From Squalus acanthias (lineage: Eukaryota), in the NCBI GenBank assembly GCA_030390025.1, contig CM059432.1, positions 101,682,001 through 101,746,000 on the forward strand: 64,000 nucleotides of DNA, given 5' to 3'. The notes under the pieces are model-generated. The model worked only from the letters and a program-made list of their open reading frames with translations, ran no database searches and was not told the DNA's origin. Position numbers and translations under genes: made by a program. Below, one piece after another: positions 37,124 to 50,257 of the stretch (within the stretch, counting starts at the first letter, position 1; each line of letters begins with the position of its first letter).

Positions 37124-40100
37124 TTTTTTTTATCCGTGCCTGGGATGTGGGCGTCGATGGCACGGTCAGCATTTATTGCTTATCCCTAATTGCCCTTGAG
37201 AAGGTGGTGGTGAGCTGCCTTCTTGAACCACGCGCGTGAAGGTACTTCCATAGTGCTGTTAGGGAGGGAGTTCTAGGATTTTGACCCAGTGATGATGAAG
37301 GAATGGCGATATATTTCCAAGACAGGATGGTGCATGACTTGGACGGCAACTTGGAGGTGGTGCTGTTCCCAGGCACCTGCTGCCCTTGGCCTTCTAGGTG
37401 GTAAAGGTCGCAGGTTTGGGAGGTGCTGTCAAAGAAGCCTTGGCGAGTTGCTGCAGTGCATCTTGTAGATGGTACACACTGCAGCCATGGTGCGAGTGTT
37501 GTTAGAACTGCACGCATCCAGGCAAGTGGAGAATATTCCATCACACTCCTTACTTGTGCCTTGTAGATGGTGGAAAGGCTTTGGGGAGTCAGGACGTGAG
37601 ACACTCGCCGCAGAATACCCAGCCTCTGACCTGCTCTTGTAGCCACATTATTTATGTGGCTGGTCCAGTTAAGTTTCTGGTTAATGGTGACCCCCAGGAT
37701 ATTGATGGTGGGGGATTTGGCAATGATAATGCCGTTGAATGTCAAGGGTCGATGGTTAGACTCTCTTGTTGGAGATAGTCTGCCACTTGTGTGGCATGAA
37801 TGTTACTTGTTACTTATCAGCCCAAGCCTGAACGTCGTCCAGGTCTTGCGACATGCAGGCACGGACTGCTTCATTATCTGAGGAGTTGTGAATGGTGCTG
37901 ACCACTGTGCAGTCATCAGCGAACATCCCCACGTCTGACCTTATGTTGGAGGGAAGGTAATTGATGAAGCAGCTGAAGATGGTTGGGCCTAGGACACTGC
38001 CGTGAGGAACTCCTGCAGCAATGTCCTGGGGCTGAGATGATTGACCTTCAATCACTACAAACATCTTCCTTTGTGCTAGGCATGACGCCAGCCAGGAGAG
38101 AGTTTTCCCCCTGACTCCCATTGACTTCAGTTTTACTAGGGCTCCTTGATGCCACATTCAGTCAAATGCTGCCTTGACGTCAAGAGCAGTCACTCTCACC
38201 TCACCTCTGGAATTCAGCTCTTTTGTCCATGTTTGGACTAAAGCTGTAATAAGGTCTGGAGCCGAGTGGTTCTGGCAGAATCCAAACTGAGCATTGGTGA
38301 GCAGGTTATTGGTGAGTGCCACTTGATAACACTGTCGACGGCACCTTTCATCACTTTGCTGATGATTGAGAGTAGACTGATGGGGCGGTAATTGGTCAGA
38401 TTGGATTTGTCCTGCTTCTTGTGGACAGGACATACCTGGGCAGATTTCCAGGTTGTCGGGTAAATGTCATTGTTGTAGCTGTACTGGGACAGCTTGGCTA
38501 GAGGTGCGGCTAGTTCTGGAGCACAAGTCTTCAGCAAGACAGCCGGGATGTTGTCGGGGCCCATAGCCTTTGCTGTATCCAATGTGCTCAGCCATTTCTT
38601 AATATCATGTGAAATTAATCAAATTGGCTGAAGACTGGCTTCTGTGATGGTGGGGACCTCAGGAGGGGGCCGAGATGGATCATCGACTGGGCACTTCTGG
38701 ATAAAAATGGTTGCAAACGCTTCAGCCTTGTCTTTTGCACTTGCGTGCTGGGTTCCGCCATCATTGAGGATGGGGATGTTCATGGAGCCTAATCCTCCCA
38801 TTAGTTGTTTAATTGCCCGCCACCATTCATGACTGGATGTGGCAGGACTGCAGAGCTTTGATCTGATCCATTGGTTGTGGGATCACTTAGCTCTGTCTAT
38901 AGCATGCTGCTTCTGCTGTTTAGCGTGTATGCATTCCTATGTTGCAGCTTCCCCAGGTTGGCACCTCATTTTTAGGTATGCCTGGTGCTGCTCCTGGCAT
39001 GCTCTTCTGCACTCCTCATCGAACCAGGGTTGGTTCCCCTGGCTTGATGGTAATGGAAAAATGAGGGATATGCCGGGCCATGAGGTTACAGATTGTGGAG
39101 GAATACAATTCTGCTGCTGCTGATGGCCCACAACGCCTCATGGATACCTAGTTTTGAGTTGTTAGAACTGTTCTTAATCTATCCCATTTAGCACGGTGGC
39201 AGTGCCACACAACACGATGGAGGGTGTCCTCAGTGTGAAGATGGGTCTTTGTCTCCACAAGGACTGTGCGGTGGTCACTGCTACCAATGCTGCCATGGAC
39301 AGATTCATCTGCGACAGGTAGATTGGTGAGGACGAGGTCAAGTAGGTTTTTCCCTTGTGTTGGTTCTCTCACCACCTGTCGCAGGCCCAGTCTGGCAGCT
39401 ATGTCCTTCAGGACTCGGCCAGCTTGGCCAGCTTGGTCAGTAGTGGTGCTACTGAGCCACTCTTGGTGATGGACATTGAAGTCCCCCCACGCAGAGTACA
39501 TTCTGTACCCTTGCTACCCTCACCTCTTTCAAGTGGTGTTCAACATGAAGGAGTACTGATTCATCAGCTGAGGAAGGGCTGTAGGTGGTAATCAGCAGGA
39601 GGTTTCCTTGCCCATGCTTGGCCTGAAGTTATGAGACTTCATGGGGTCCGGAATCAATGTCGAGGACTCCCAGATCTACTCCCTCCCAACTCTATACCAC
39701 TGTGTCGCCACCTCTGGTGGGTCTGTCCTGTCGGTGGGACAAGACGCACCCAGGGATGGTGATGGAGGAGTCTGGGACATTGGCTGAAAGGTATGATTCT
39801 GTGAGTATGATTATGTCAGGGTGTTGCTTGACTAGTCTGTGGGACAGCGCTCCCAGTTTTGACATAAGTCCCCAGATGTTAGTGAGGAGGACTTTGCAGT
39901 GTCGACTGGGCTGGGTGTGCCGTCGTGTCTGAAGCCAGTGCCTAGGTTGATGCTGGTTTTATTCTTATTATTGTTTCCTGTAGCGGTTTTGTACAACTGA
40001 GTGGCTTCATAGGCCATTTCAGAGGCAGTTAAGAGTCAACCACATTACTGTGCGTCTGGAGTCACATATCGGCAAGGCAGATTTCCTTCCCTGAAGGACA

Positions 40101-40301
40101 TTAGTGAACCAGATAGGTTTTTACGACAATCCGATAGATTTATGATCACCATTACTGATACTAGCTTTTTATTATTCCAGATTTATTTAATTAATTGAAT
40201 TTAAATTCCCCAGCTGCCAGAGTAAAATTTAAACTCACGTCTCTGAATCATTAGTCCAAGCCTCTGGATTAGAAGTCCAGTAACATAACCACTATGCTAC
40301 C
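37124..40301 (-). mobile_element. Full-length-like (3.2 kb) CR1-group LINE with tRNA-derived 5' head and a single disrupted EN-RT ORF
   Basis: CKVLLTNIWGL at about 39890, GDFNVHH, LDLVLTN, GSSDH, KAMGPDNIP, NYRPISLLS, GVPHGSVLGP, MFADD, YKAQVRSVMEY; poly(A)-like tail at 37124. Confidence 0.9.
40215..40301 (-). promoter_or_regulatory. tRNA-derived Pol III type 2 promoter-like head
   Basis: ggtagcatagtggttatgttactggacttctaatccag: A box plus anticodon-like arm; B box degenerate here (gagtttaaatt) but canonical in the 18256-18268 copy. Confidence 0.7.
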
Positions 40302-40599
40302 TAGCCGTACCGTCATAATTTTATGTGCTGTGGAGCTAATGAAAGCAGATGTGATTAGTAGGCAAAAATTGGGTAGTTTGAGAAAGAACTAGCAATAATT
40401 TGGGCAAAATTAAGTTTAAGTTTAAGGTGTATTTAAAAAAAAACACCTTGGATAAATAGTAAAGTATTGAGATTATAAAAGTTCAAGATCCTAAGAAACG
40501 TTTTCTCTTGTTTGGAAAAATGCCATCTTTGAGACCAGTGATTACCATGGGGATTGCAGTATCAGAGATGTAAAATAAACATACCAGGAACAACAAGAA

Positions 40600-43470
40600 G
40601 GGAATGCTGAAAGTACAAGCAATTTCGTCCAGTTGATCGATGCCTGCTTCTTAACACATGTAAAGTAGAGTACAAGGACAGAAACTACACCAGCTAGAAG
40701 CTACATTTTCTGCGACTCAGTTGCACCGACTCACACAGAATAGTCAGCTGATTGGAAAATCATTAGTGCACGGCCCACAAATTTTTAACGAGCTAACCGC
40801 AGCAGGCAAGGCTCCACCAGAAAATTGAACCACTTGTATTGAACTGTTCATCAAAATTGACTAATAACATGGAAGTGGCTAAACACCTGGGTCTTTATTT
40901 AGTTACATGTTCTTGTAATACATAAAGACCAAGCCCATAAATAATAATACAGATGTGAAGTCTATAGAAAAGAAAGCTTTGGGGATATGATAAAGGTTTC
41001 AGGATGATAAGTAGGAGATAAAAGTCGAAACCAAATTATAGGAATTATATTTTAAATTAAAGAATATAGAAAAGGATATATATCCCTCTGAGAGAATAAG
41101 AGAAAAATAGCGATACAATAGTCGCTGGAGGGGCTGGGTCATACAAAAGGTATTCAATAAGTAATTAGAAGGGAAAAAGTTATTGGAGAAAAAAATTGTA
41201 GGTAACAGCAAGACAGAGCCAGACATATTTTAGTTACGTACAATTTAGACGGAGAGCTAAAGATCAGATTGGTAATTTCAGGTATAATTTATCTATAAAT
41301 AAAATGCAAGAACAGGAAATGGCAACTGTGTCATTTTGGAGAAAAATCTGAAATTCAAGTAGAGATCAGTAAAACATACATTATAAAGAAACTCCCCAAA
41401 TTAAATCTCTATGAGGCAGGTGGGCCAGCTGAGATATGCCCCACAATCCTCAAAGAAATGAGGGGGAAATATATGAGACCCTGATTAATATTTTAGGACC
41501 TCTTCAAATATAGGAAATACATTTGACAATTGGAGGAGAGTGTATTTTATCTCAATATTCAAACATGAATCAGGAAATTATAGATCAGTTAGTCTACCAT
41601 CTGTAGTAAGCAAAATGCCTGAAATCATTTAATGGGCATTAACAATGTTCATTCAATGTGCACACAGTCCACAATGATTATTAGTCAGAATGCAGTTAGA
41701 AGCAATAGGATATGCCTCATAAATCTTTTCTGATTCTTTAAGGCAACTAAATTAGTGGTTGGAACAGGTTAAATTAGTGGTTGAGCGTCATCCGATGGAT
41801 ATGATATACTTCAATTTTCAAAATGTATCTACTAACGTTTCATGTCAGGCTTCTAAAGAATATTAAGGCTCATGGAACTAATAGAAAATTAACTGGTTTG
41901 CTTGAAAATTGATAGAACAGAAAATGGCGATAAATGGAAAATTCTTAGATTCTGGACAGTGACGAATGAAGATCAAACAGTGAATCTGTTCCTTGTCCCC
42001 TTTTCTTACACTATTTATAATCTACTGGTATTTTTACAAAATTTGCTGGTGTCCTGGTATGCTTAGGAAGTTATTTTAATTTATTCAAAGAAACCTGAAT
42101 AAATTGATTACATGAACTAAAGAACAGGAAAGAAGGTTTATTGGAGCCCAATAGAAAATAATAGCTGGGAATTAGCGGTTAGCGGCAAAGCAAAGGCGTT
42201 GGTCCCGAAGAAAGCTGCCCACAGAGATCTGGTGCTCTCTGTGGCGAGAAATTTGCCTTTTTTGACATGTAAGTAATTGCAGCGCAGTATAGTGGGGATT
42301 CCCTAGTGTGGTCTGCTGTGTCGTCAACAAGCTGTCTAAGCAGCCAATCACATTGTAGAATTCTCACAGACAGGGAACCAGAAAATGAGGCCTGCTTTTA
42401 TCCCAACTTTTAAAAAATGTTACAGAGAGCAAAATAAAGATTGGGGCTCTCACATGGGGATGAGGTAGAACTTGAAATATCATGAACAAACTTAAAAAAA
42501 TTACATTTTTTAAAGGTTCTTAAAAATTGTAATTTTTGTCGTAATGGAGAAATTTAACACTCGACAAAATTAAAATTAGTTTTTCAGGGCCATAACATTT
42601 GTTTAGCAGTCAATATGCTGTCCAAACCCCAGTTATACCTAATCCAACAAGGCCTAACATTTAATGGGGCATTTAACAGCGATATTGCCACGGAAAAGCC
42701 CAAGTTTTTGTCAGTTTCACTAATTTCACTGATTGCTGGCTATGGGGGTGGGGGGGGAGGGTGGGGGGCGGGTGCGGCGGCACAGTGCAGCCAGTGTCAG
42801 AGCAGTGAATGACTGACCGCAAGCAACTTCAGGATTTCCATGTTTAGATGTGCATGCGCTAAATCCTGAAGTTTCAGTCAGTTTCAAAGAGGTAATAACG
42901 GCGAAAGCTATAAGCCCACCGTTATTACCCATCGCAAATTCCAGCCTAATACTGGAAACAGTATCTTGAAATGAGTGCATGACAAATGGGCTTCCATTAA
43001 TAAAAATGAAAACAATTATTTGGATATGATTTCCATTCACTGAAGACAACCAATTCAATGTGAAGCTGTTAATCAAGTCTTGGAATATCTCTCAGTGGTA
43101 TTTAATTACAGGTTAAAGCAAATTAATTTGGTTCTGCATAACTCATTGGTAAGGTCACATTTAGAATATTTTGTGCAATTTTGTTCAAAAGCATTTTGAT
43201 ACTTTGGACACTGCTCAACGCAAAGGGGAACTGAGGATTCCAACCCATGAAGTTTCATAGATCTGAATTTGTTTTCTTTGGAGGAAAGAAGATTGAGAAA
43301 GGATATGATTAGGGAAAGAGCATAAGAAAGAGCATAAGACTTTTAAAATGCTGAGGGAATTTAATGAGCAGGCTATTCAATTTGGACAATGATCTCAGAC
43401 CTAGAGGAAAAATACAAAATGACCAAGTCTCAAGTGAGACTGAAGAATATATATGAAGTTGGTTCCATGT
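40600..43470 (+). mobile_element. Very old, decayed CR1
   Basis: Recognisable gggccagctgagatatgccccacaatcctcaaagaa (GPD...P.ILKE), aattatagatcagttagtct (NYR.VSL), ttggtaaggtcacatttagaatat (LVR.HLEY). Confidence 0.75.
42163..42947. mobile_element. Harbinger-type MITE in the old CR1
   Basis: Ends agctgggaatt / aattccagcct, TSD AAT. Confidence 0.55.
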
Positions 43471-43484
43471 ATCAACTCTCTTAA

Positions 43485-44802
43485 AAGGTTGCATTTATTG
43501 CCAACACCAGATTTCTGATTGGTCACCTTGGTGACAAGACACACATAGCAGTTTATCTGGAATGTGTAATTAGATCCTGACTGCCGAAGTAATCAAATAC
43601 TTTGCAAAGTGTAATTTGAGCCATTCTGACTGCCAGGCTCCAGACAGAACAGAGCTCACATAGAACCGACAGGGTTAAGACCATCTTCCATCCCCCCAAA
43701 TAAGTTCCTGTCCCCCAACATGTTCCTAACCTTCCTTCCAGCCCCCTAGTTTCTGACCTTTTCCCTCCCCGCCAAGTTCCTGACCTTCTCCCCTTGCCCA
43801 AGTTCCTGACCTTCCTCACCCCCCACCCCCGAGTTCCTGCACAAGTTCCTTGACCATCTCCGCAACCCCCACCACCCCCCCACCCTGAGTTCCTGACCTT
43901 CTCTCCCTACCCAAGTTCCTGACCTCTCCCCCCACCCACCCCCGGGTTCCTGACCTTCTCCCTCCCAACAAGTTCCTGGCCTTCCCCACCACCCCACTCC
44001 ATAGATGGGGCATTGTGTGTGAGTCATGGATTGTTAACAGGTTTATTGGGTATGAAGTGAATAGTGACAGTGTCATGACTTCCGGATTTCGTCCAGTCCA
44101 ATGATGTCACTTGCCACACACGCACCGAGCTTTCCGAGAAATCAACCAGGTCTGGGGGAGGAGAGGGAGAACATGGCGCGGATGTAAAGGGGGTGGGGTT
44201 AGAAGAATGTGATCCGTCTTACCATCTGGGTCACGCTCTCTCTCTCATCTCCCCCCTTTAGACCTGGATCATATTCTTTTCCCCATCCCCACTGTGCTCT
44301 CCGTGCTTTTTACCTGCCACCCCCCACGTTCCTGAACTTCTCTCCCCCCCACCCCTGAGTTCCTGACCTGCTCTCTCCCCCTCCTCTCTCTCCCCCCTCC
44401 AATTCCCTCTCTCTCCCCCCAGATTCTCCATCTCTCTCTCTCCCCTTTCTCCCAATCCTCTCTCTCTCCCCCTCCGATCCCCTCTCTCTCTCTCTCCCCT
44501 CTCTCTCCTCTCCGATCCTCTCTCTCGCCCCCCTTTCGATCCTCTCTCTTCCCCAGCCCCCCTCCCTCCCACCAACGGATCCCTGGACCTTCTCTGCATG
44601 CAGCCGAGAAAAGTGTGGCGCACAGTGCAGGCCGCAACTGTTGGGTACTGTGTATGCGCGGCCTCGGTAAACTGCACTTGCGCAGAGGGAGATCAGGTAT
44701 GCAAGCGCGGCTCCGGAATACCGCGTACATGCGCAGAAGTTCACAAACACGTTCGTGCAGATAATCACTCCCCTTTTAAAAAGGCCTGGATAAATGCATC
44801 CA
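43485..44802. mobile_element. Non-autonomous TTAA-flanked DNA element (Kolobok-like) with internal C-rich tandem repeats
   Basis: ttaa-aaggttgcatttat ... ataaatgcatcca-ttaa inverted ends; agttcctgaccttctccc units at about 43700-44000 and (CT)-rich tract 44320-44570. Confidence 0.5.
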
Positions 44803-44811
44803 TTAAAAAAA

Positions 44812-45230
44812 TAACAACAACAACTTGCATTTATATAGCGCCTTTAATTAGAGGCATGCTGAAAATGCACATTGAGTGAAAGGATGAGAGTTTAGGAGGG
44901 ATGACCAAATGCTTGATCAAAGAGGTGGGTTTCAAGGAGGGTCTTGAAGGAGGAGAGACAGATTAAAAGGCTGTGGGCTTTGAGGAGGAAATTGCAGCTG
45001 TCTGAAAGCAGGACCAAGAAATGGTAGGGAAAGGGAATGGGGCTACATAAAAGATCAGAAATGGAGGAAATTACAGAGATAGAAGCAGATAAAATCATGG
45101 GGAAATTTAAACATATAAACATAAGAATTTTGACGGATTGAAGATTAGTATAGAATAGGATACTAGCTGCAAAGTTTTGAATGAACTGGAGTTTATGGAA
45201 GGTGATGACTGGATGATTGACAAGAAGAAC
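44812..45230 (-). mobile_element. L2 3' fragment
   Basis: acaacaacttgcatttatatagcgcctt tail; reverse complement of the LKTHLFDQAF segment. Confidence 0.7.
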
Positions 45231-45290
45231 ATCTTATCACAGTTTCAGGGCATCACAAAATGCTTCACAACCAATTAAATACTTCTGAAG

Positions 45291-45415
45291 AAGGGTCATC
45301 GACCTGAAACGTTAACTCTGTTTCTCTCTCCACAGATGCTGCCTGACCTGCTGAGTATTTCCAGCATTTTCTGTATTTATTTCAGATTTCCAGCATCCGC
45401 AGTATTTTGCTTTTG
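45291..45415 (+). mobile_element. Penelope-type short insertion with hammerhead core
   Basis: 15-bp TSD taaatacttctgaag (45276-45290, 45416-45430); CTGAAGA a gggtc atc gacct GAAA c GTT at 45285-45313. Confidence 0.8.
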
Positions 45416-45532
45416 TAAATACTTCTGAAGGTTGGCAAACGCAGTAAGCAATTTGAACACAGTAAGGTCCTCAAAAAATAAATGAGCTGAATCACCACTT
45501 AATTTTATGTTGGCAGTATTGGTTCAGGTGCA

Positions 45533-48290
45533 CAGGAACATAGGAACAGGAGCAGGTCATTTAGCCCCTCGAGGCTGTCCCACCATTCAGTGAGATCACG
45601 GCTGATCTTTGATCGAACTCCATATAGCCGCATTTGCCCATATCCTATTGGTTAACATAAATCTTATCAATCTCAGATTTAAAATTAACAATTGAACTAG
45701 CATCAACTGCTGTTTGCGGAAGAGAGTTCCAAACTTCTACGACCCTTTGCATGTAGAAGAGTTTCCTAACATCACTCCTGAAAGGCCTGGCTCTAATTTT
45801 TAGGCTATGTCCCCAAGTCCTAGGGCTAGAAATTCATTATAACCCAGGAATGGGCGGTATCTTTCGAAAAGTTTGAGAATTAGCACCAGGCGCTAATGCT
45901 TTAGACTGCACGCAAAATTCATTCTCACTGCTCAAAGAAATGATTGGGGCACTAAATCAAGTCTTAAAAGCCTAGCTCAGTGGTGTTACACTCAAAGGGT
46001 GGACCAATATCGGGTGCAGTCTAATTTCGACTCATTATTGCCACAGGCTCATCCCAGTACTTAAAGGGGAGGTTCATTGATACTGCAGCACCTCATTCTC
46101 AGCATTGCTGGCTGTGCAGCTGCCTCAGCAAGGAGAAGCACAACAAGAAGAAGGACCCTGAGGACTGAAAAAGGTGTGATCATGGCAGATCCACCTCAGT
46201 CGGGTGGTCAGGGTGATTGAATGCTTCAACAAATGCTACATACCACCATCTGTACCACAAGCTTCACACACTGCCCAAAGCACTACACCCCCAGCGCTCA
46301 CCCACCAACAATCGCCACCTACCAACACTCACACCCACATCTTATGCCTTGCACACAATGACATCTATTCAACTATGGCAGGCACAAGGGTCATTAGTTA
46401 TTAGAATGAATGATATGTTTCTGCATAAATTTATTAATGGAGTTTGCAATATTTTGTGGTCTCTCTCATTTCATCTTTGCGCCCAGGAGGACACTGTGAT
46501 ATGGCATGACACAGGGATGGTATGATGAGCATGTGGTGATCAAAAGGGATCTAGGGTTTAAATCATCCTGCTGTGAGGCTGGAGGTCTGTTTGGAGGAGG
46601 TGGCAGAGTTCTGTGACCACCATCTTGGTGATGCAGAGCCATCTAATACACAGCTCCTCACTTAATTGAAGGTAGGAGAAGTGCTGTCGGAATACCCTCG
46701 GAGGGTAAGGCCTCCTGGTGAGAGTCCTGATGTCCCTCCTCATCCCTTTGCGCACATGTTCCCGTATTTCTGGCTGCCTACGCTCCCTCCACCATAGATC
46801 CTAGAGGGTGAGGTGGCGCCAGTACAGCCCCCATTAATGTTGCCAAGTGCAGCAGTTTAAATCTTTGAACAAGAAATGTAGGCACTTTGCACTTGCCAGA
46901 ACACTGCTGATAAAAAAGTACCTTGAAAGTGCTCATACAAAGTGATCCACTGGCTGAAACTGACAAGAAATCACTGAAACTAACCTGCCCTGACAGCTGC
47001 AAGTGATGAATGCGGATGCCTTTAAATAACATCCCTGGAGCCGGCGTCCTGCAGCTGTGTGCCTCCTCTCCCTGTCGCTGTCTGATCGAGGCGCTAAAGT
47101 AGGTGGCGAAAATCAATCTTTCAGATTGGGTGCCCAGTGTCTGACGTCATGATCTGCCTTGCGTTGAAGTCCCCGGCAGTACCTCATACCGGCGGTGCAA
47201 TGGGGGGACCGGATTTGCCGTGCGTCACTGAATTCACCTCGCCCCAGCGCTACTGCATCAATACTAACGGAAGACTCTAACCAACTGAATTTTTCCCCCC
47301 TAGTCTCCGGAATCAGCGGAAATAGTTTCTCTCTATCAACCCTATCAATTCCCCTTAATATCTTGAAAACTTCGATCAAATCACCCCTTAACCTTCTAAA
47401 TTCCAGGGAAATCAACCCTAGTTTGTGCAATCTCTCCTCAAAATTTAACTCTTGGAGTCCAGGTATCATTTGGTAAATCTATGCTATACTCCCTCCAAGG
47501 CCAATATATCGTTCCTAAGGTGTGGTGCTCAGAACTGCTCACAGTACTCCAGGTGTGGTCTAACCAGGGCTCTATACAGCTGCAGCATAACTTCTACCCC
47601 CTTGTATTCTAGTCCTCTAGATATAAAGGCCAGCATTCCATTCGCCTTCTTGATTATTTTCTGTGCCTGTTCATGACATTTTAATGATCTATGTACATGG
47701 ACCCCCAACTCTCTTTGGACCTCCACTGTTGTTAGCTTTTCACCATTTCAAAAGTACTCTGATCTATCCTTTTTAGGTCCAAAGTGGATGACCTCACACT
47801 TGCCTACATTGAAATCCATTTGCCACAGTTTTGCCCATTCACTTAATCTGTCAATATCTCTTTGTAATTTTATGCTTCCATCTACACTGCCTACAATGCC
47901 GCCTATCTTTGTGTCATCGGCACACTTGGATATGTGGCTCTCTATCCCATCATCTAAGTTGTTAATAAATATGGTAAATAATTGAGGCCCCAACACAGAT
48001 CCCTATGGGACACCACTAGTCACATCCTGCCAATGAGATTGCCTGCCCATTATCCCTACTCCCGGTCTCCTGCCAGGTCAATAATTTTCCTTCAATTCTA
48101 TGAGCTTCAACTTTAGTTACAGTTTCTTATGAGGGACTTTATCAAATGCCTTCTGGAAGTCCATATAAATAACATCCATAAACATTCCCCTGTCCACTAC
48201 TTTAGTTACCTCTTCATAAAATTGAATCAGGTTCGTCCTTTACAAATCCATGCTGACTCTCTCTGATCAGCTGAAAGTTTTCAAGGTGTT
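45533..48290 (-). mobile_element. CR1 5'-truncated copy interrupted by a Harbinger derivative
   Basis: [33 protein letters not shown]; tail aggaacataggaacaggagcagg. Confidence 0.9.
45823..47299. mobile_element. Internally deleted Harbinger with transposase N-terminal remnant (46558-46755, minus)
   Basis: TIRs gggctagaaatt / aatttttccccc, TSD CTA; RPYPPRVFRQHFSYLQLSEELCIRWL resembles HRVYRPRMSLLDMTEQQCQRKL of the transposase at 4300-4370. Confidence 0.85.
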
Positions 48291-48505
48291 CAGGTCAGAT
48301 TATTGGTCAATCCACTGAAAGAACTCCCTGCTCATTTTTAAATAGTGCCATGAGCTCTTTTGCATCCACCTGAACCACCAAAATAGGGGCCTCAGTTTAA
48401 CCTCTCTTAAGTATGAGAAAGAAGAAGAAGATGAAGAAAAAGAACTTGCATCTATATATAATCAGAATTAAATAAGTTGAATGGTTAGATTGGAATTAAT
48501 ATACT

Positions 48506-49327
48506 GGCCTAGAAATTGGTTTGTGGCGGCTTGCCAGCGCAAACTGGATGCAGAAAACGATCCCTGCGCTAGAACGGGTAGGCCCAAGGCACATTCAATA
48601 TTGGGTCTCAGGCTTCATTTACATGAGGCCAGCGAGCTGCAGATGCCTGCTGGACATCCCCAGGCAGCTTGCCAGCGAAGAGGATTTCAATTTCGGCTTA
48701 CTGTGTCATCAACAGTGGCCCTCGGTAAGGTCTGGGAGATGGGGGAGAGCAATCGGGAGAGAGGAGGCGATAAGTACGGGGTAAACGATCGGGAGGATGG
48801 GACGATTGGGAGGGGGGGGGGGAAGCAATCATGAGGAAGGGAAAACGATCAGGAGGGTGGGGAAAGCGATCAGGAGGTGTTCGAGCAGGGTCGGCAACTG
48901 TCTTCGACACTGTAGTTGATCTGGGAGGAGCACACTTTTCCTCCTGGCTCTACATTTAGACAAGTATTTTCTTTTACAATCATAAAGGGAAGCAGCCTCC
49001 AGAGGTCCCTTTAAAAACTGATGGTTATGCCACATGTGGACCACCTTTTCCAGAATGCAACCGGTCCAGTACCGGCTGCATTCAGGCAGCGCAATTCTAT
49101 GAACAGGGCCTAAAAAACAGGTGATAGGCCCCCTATTTGCATATGCAAAAGGCCTAGCACCTGTTTCAGGTGCTAGGCCTGGACACCCCTTTTTCTGCCT
49201 TTACCAATATGGCAGGTGGCACAGGTCCAGTGTATAATGAGTACGTGTGGCCTACCCACCATATTGAATGCTTAGGTGCCCATTTTGTGCCTGAAAAATG
49301 TGCGCAGCAGCATTGAATTTCTAGGCC
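48506..49327. mobile_element. Harbinger-type MITE
   Basis: Perfect 12-bp TIR ggcctagaaatt / aatttctaggcc, flanks act/gct. Confidence 0.8.
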
Positions 49328-49709
49328 GCTAAATTTTTGCTTGGTCACCTTCATTTCATTGATTTTTACCTACTTAGAGTTTTTTCCCCCCACAGAAGCT
49401 TGAGTAAAGAAGCATCCAGGGTAGGGCAAATTATACATGGTGTCTGATGGTAATAGGGTGAATTTACTTTTTCATTCTGTATTCCAGCATATTTTCAATG
49501 AAACTGTCCAAAATGTAAAGAAAAGATAGATGCTCCTGAAACATTGAATTTTTTTAAATACACAAACATCTGACAATATTTCCTAACTCTGCTGATAGGC
49601 AGTCCCTTGATCAATTGTAACAGGCTGAATAGGTAACTTGCTTTTGCTGAAATATTTAAATACACTTAAGCAAAATAGAATAAAATAGAAATGCATGGAT
49701 GAAGTAATT

Positions 49710-50257
49710 AAGAACATAAGAAATAGGAGCAGGAATAGGCCATTTGGCCCTCGAGACTGCGCTGCCATTCACTAAGATCATGGCTGATCTTCTACCTCAA
49801 CTCCACTTTCCTGCACTATCCCCATATCCCTTGATTCCCTTAATATCCAAAAATCTACCGATCTCTGTCTTGAATATACTCAACGACTAAGCCTCCACAG
49901 CCCTCTGGGGTAGAGAATTCCAACGATTCACCACCCTCTGAGTGAAGAAATTTCTCCTCATCTCAGTTCTAAATGGCCAACCCCTTATTCTGAGACTGTG
50001 ACCCTTGGTTCTAGACTCCCCAGCCTGGGGAAACATCCACCCTGCATCTACCCTGTCAAGTCCTGTAACAATTGTGTATGTTTCAATGAGATCACCTCTC
50101 ATTCTTCTAAACTCTAGAGAATATAGGCCTAGTCTACTCAATCTCTCCTCATAGGACAATCCCCCCATCCCAGGAACCAGTCTGGTGAACCTTCGTTGCA
50201 CCCCCTCTATGGCAAGTATATCCTTCCTTAGGTAAGGAGACCAAAACTGTACACAAA
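49710..50257 (-). mobile_element. CR1 3' fragment
   Basis: ORF QRRFTRLVPGMGGLSYEERL...FFTQRVV; tail aagaacataagaaataggagc. Confidence 0.92.

Larger units (their letters stand above)
45245..48410 (-). mobile_element. Deu-SINE split by Penelope-type and CR1 insertions (pieces about 45245-45530 and 48295-48410)
   Basis: Tail part matches 15480-15600 in reverse; Deu core aatagtgccatg...ggggcctcagtttaac at 48340-48400. Confidence 0.6.

Noticed and set aside
43700..44000. CRISPR-like repeat-spacer array
   Set aside because: Eukaryotic context; the spacers are low-complexity C-runs, so it is a minisatellite
44258..44768. Arg/Glu/Gly-rich ORFs
   Set aside because: Translations of a low-complexity polypurine tract
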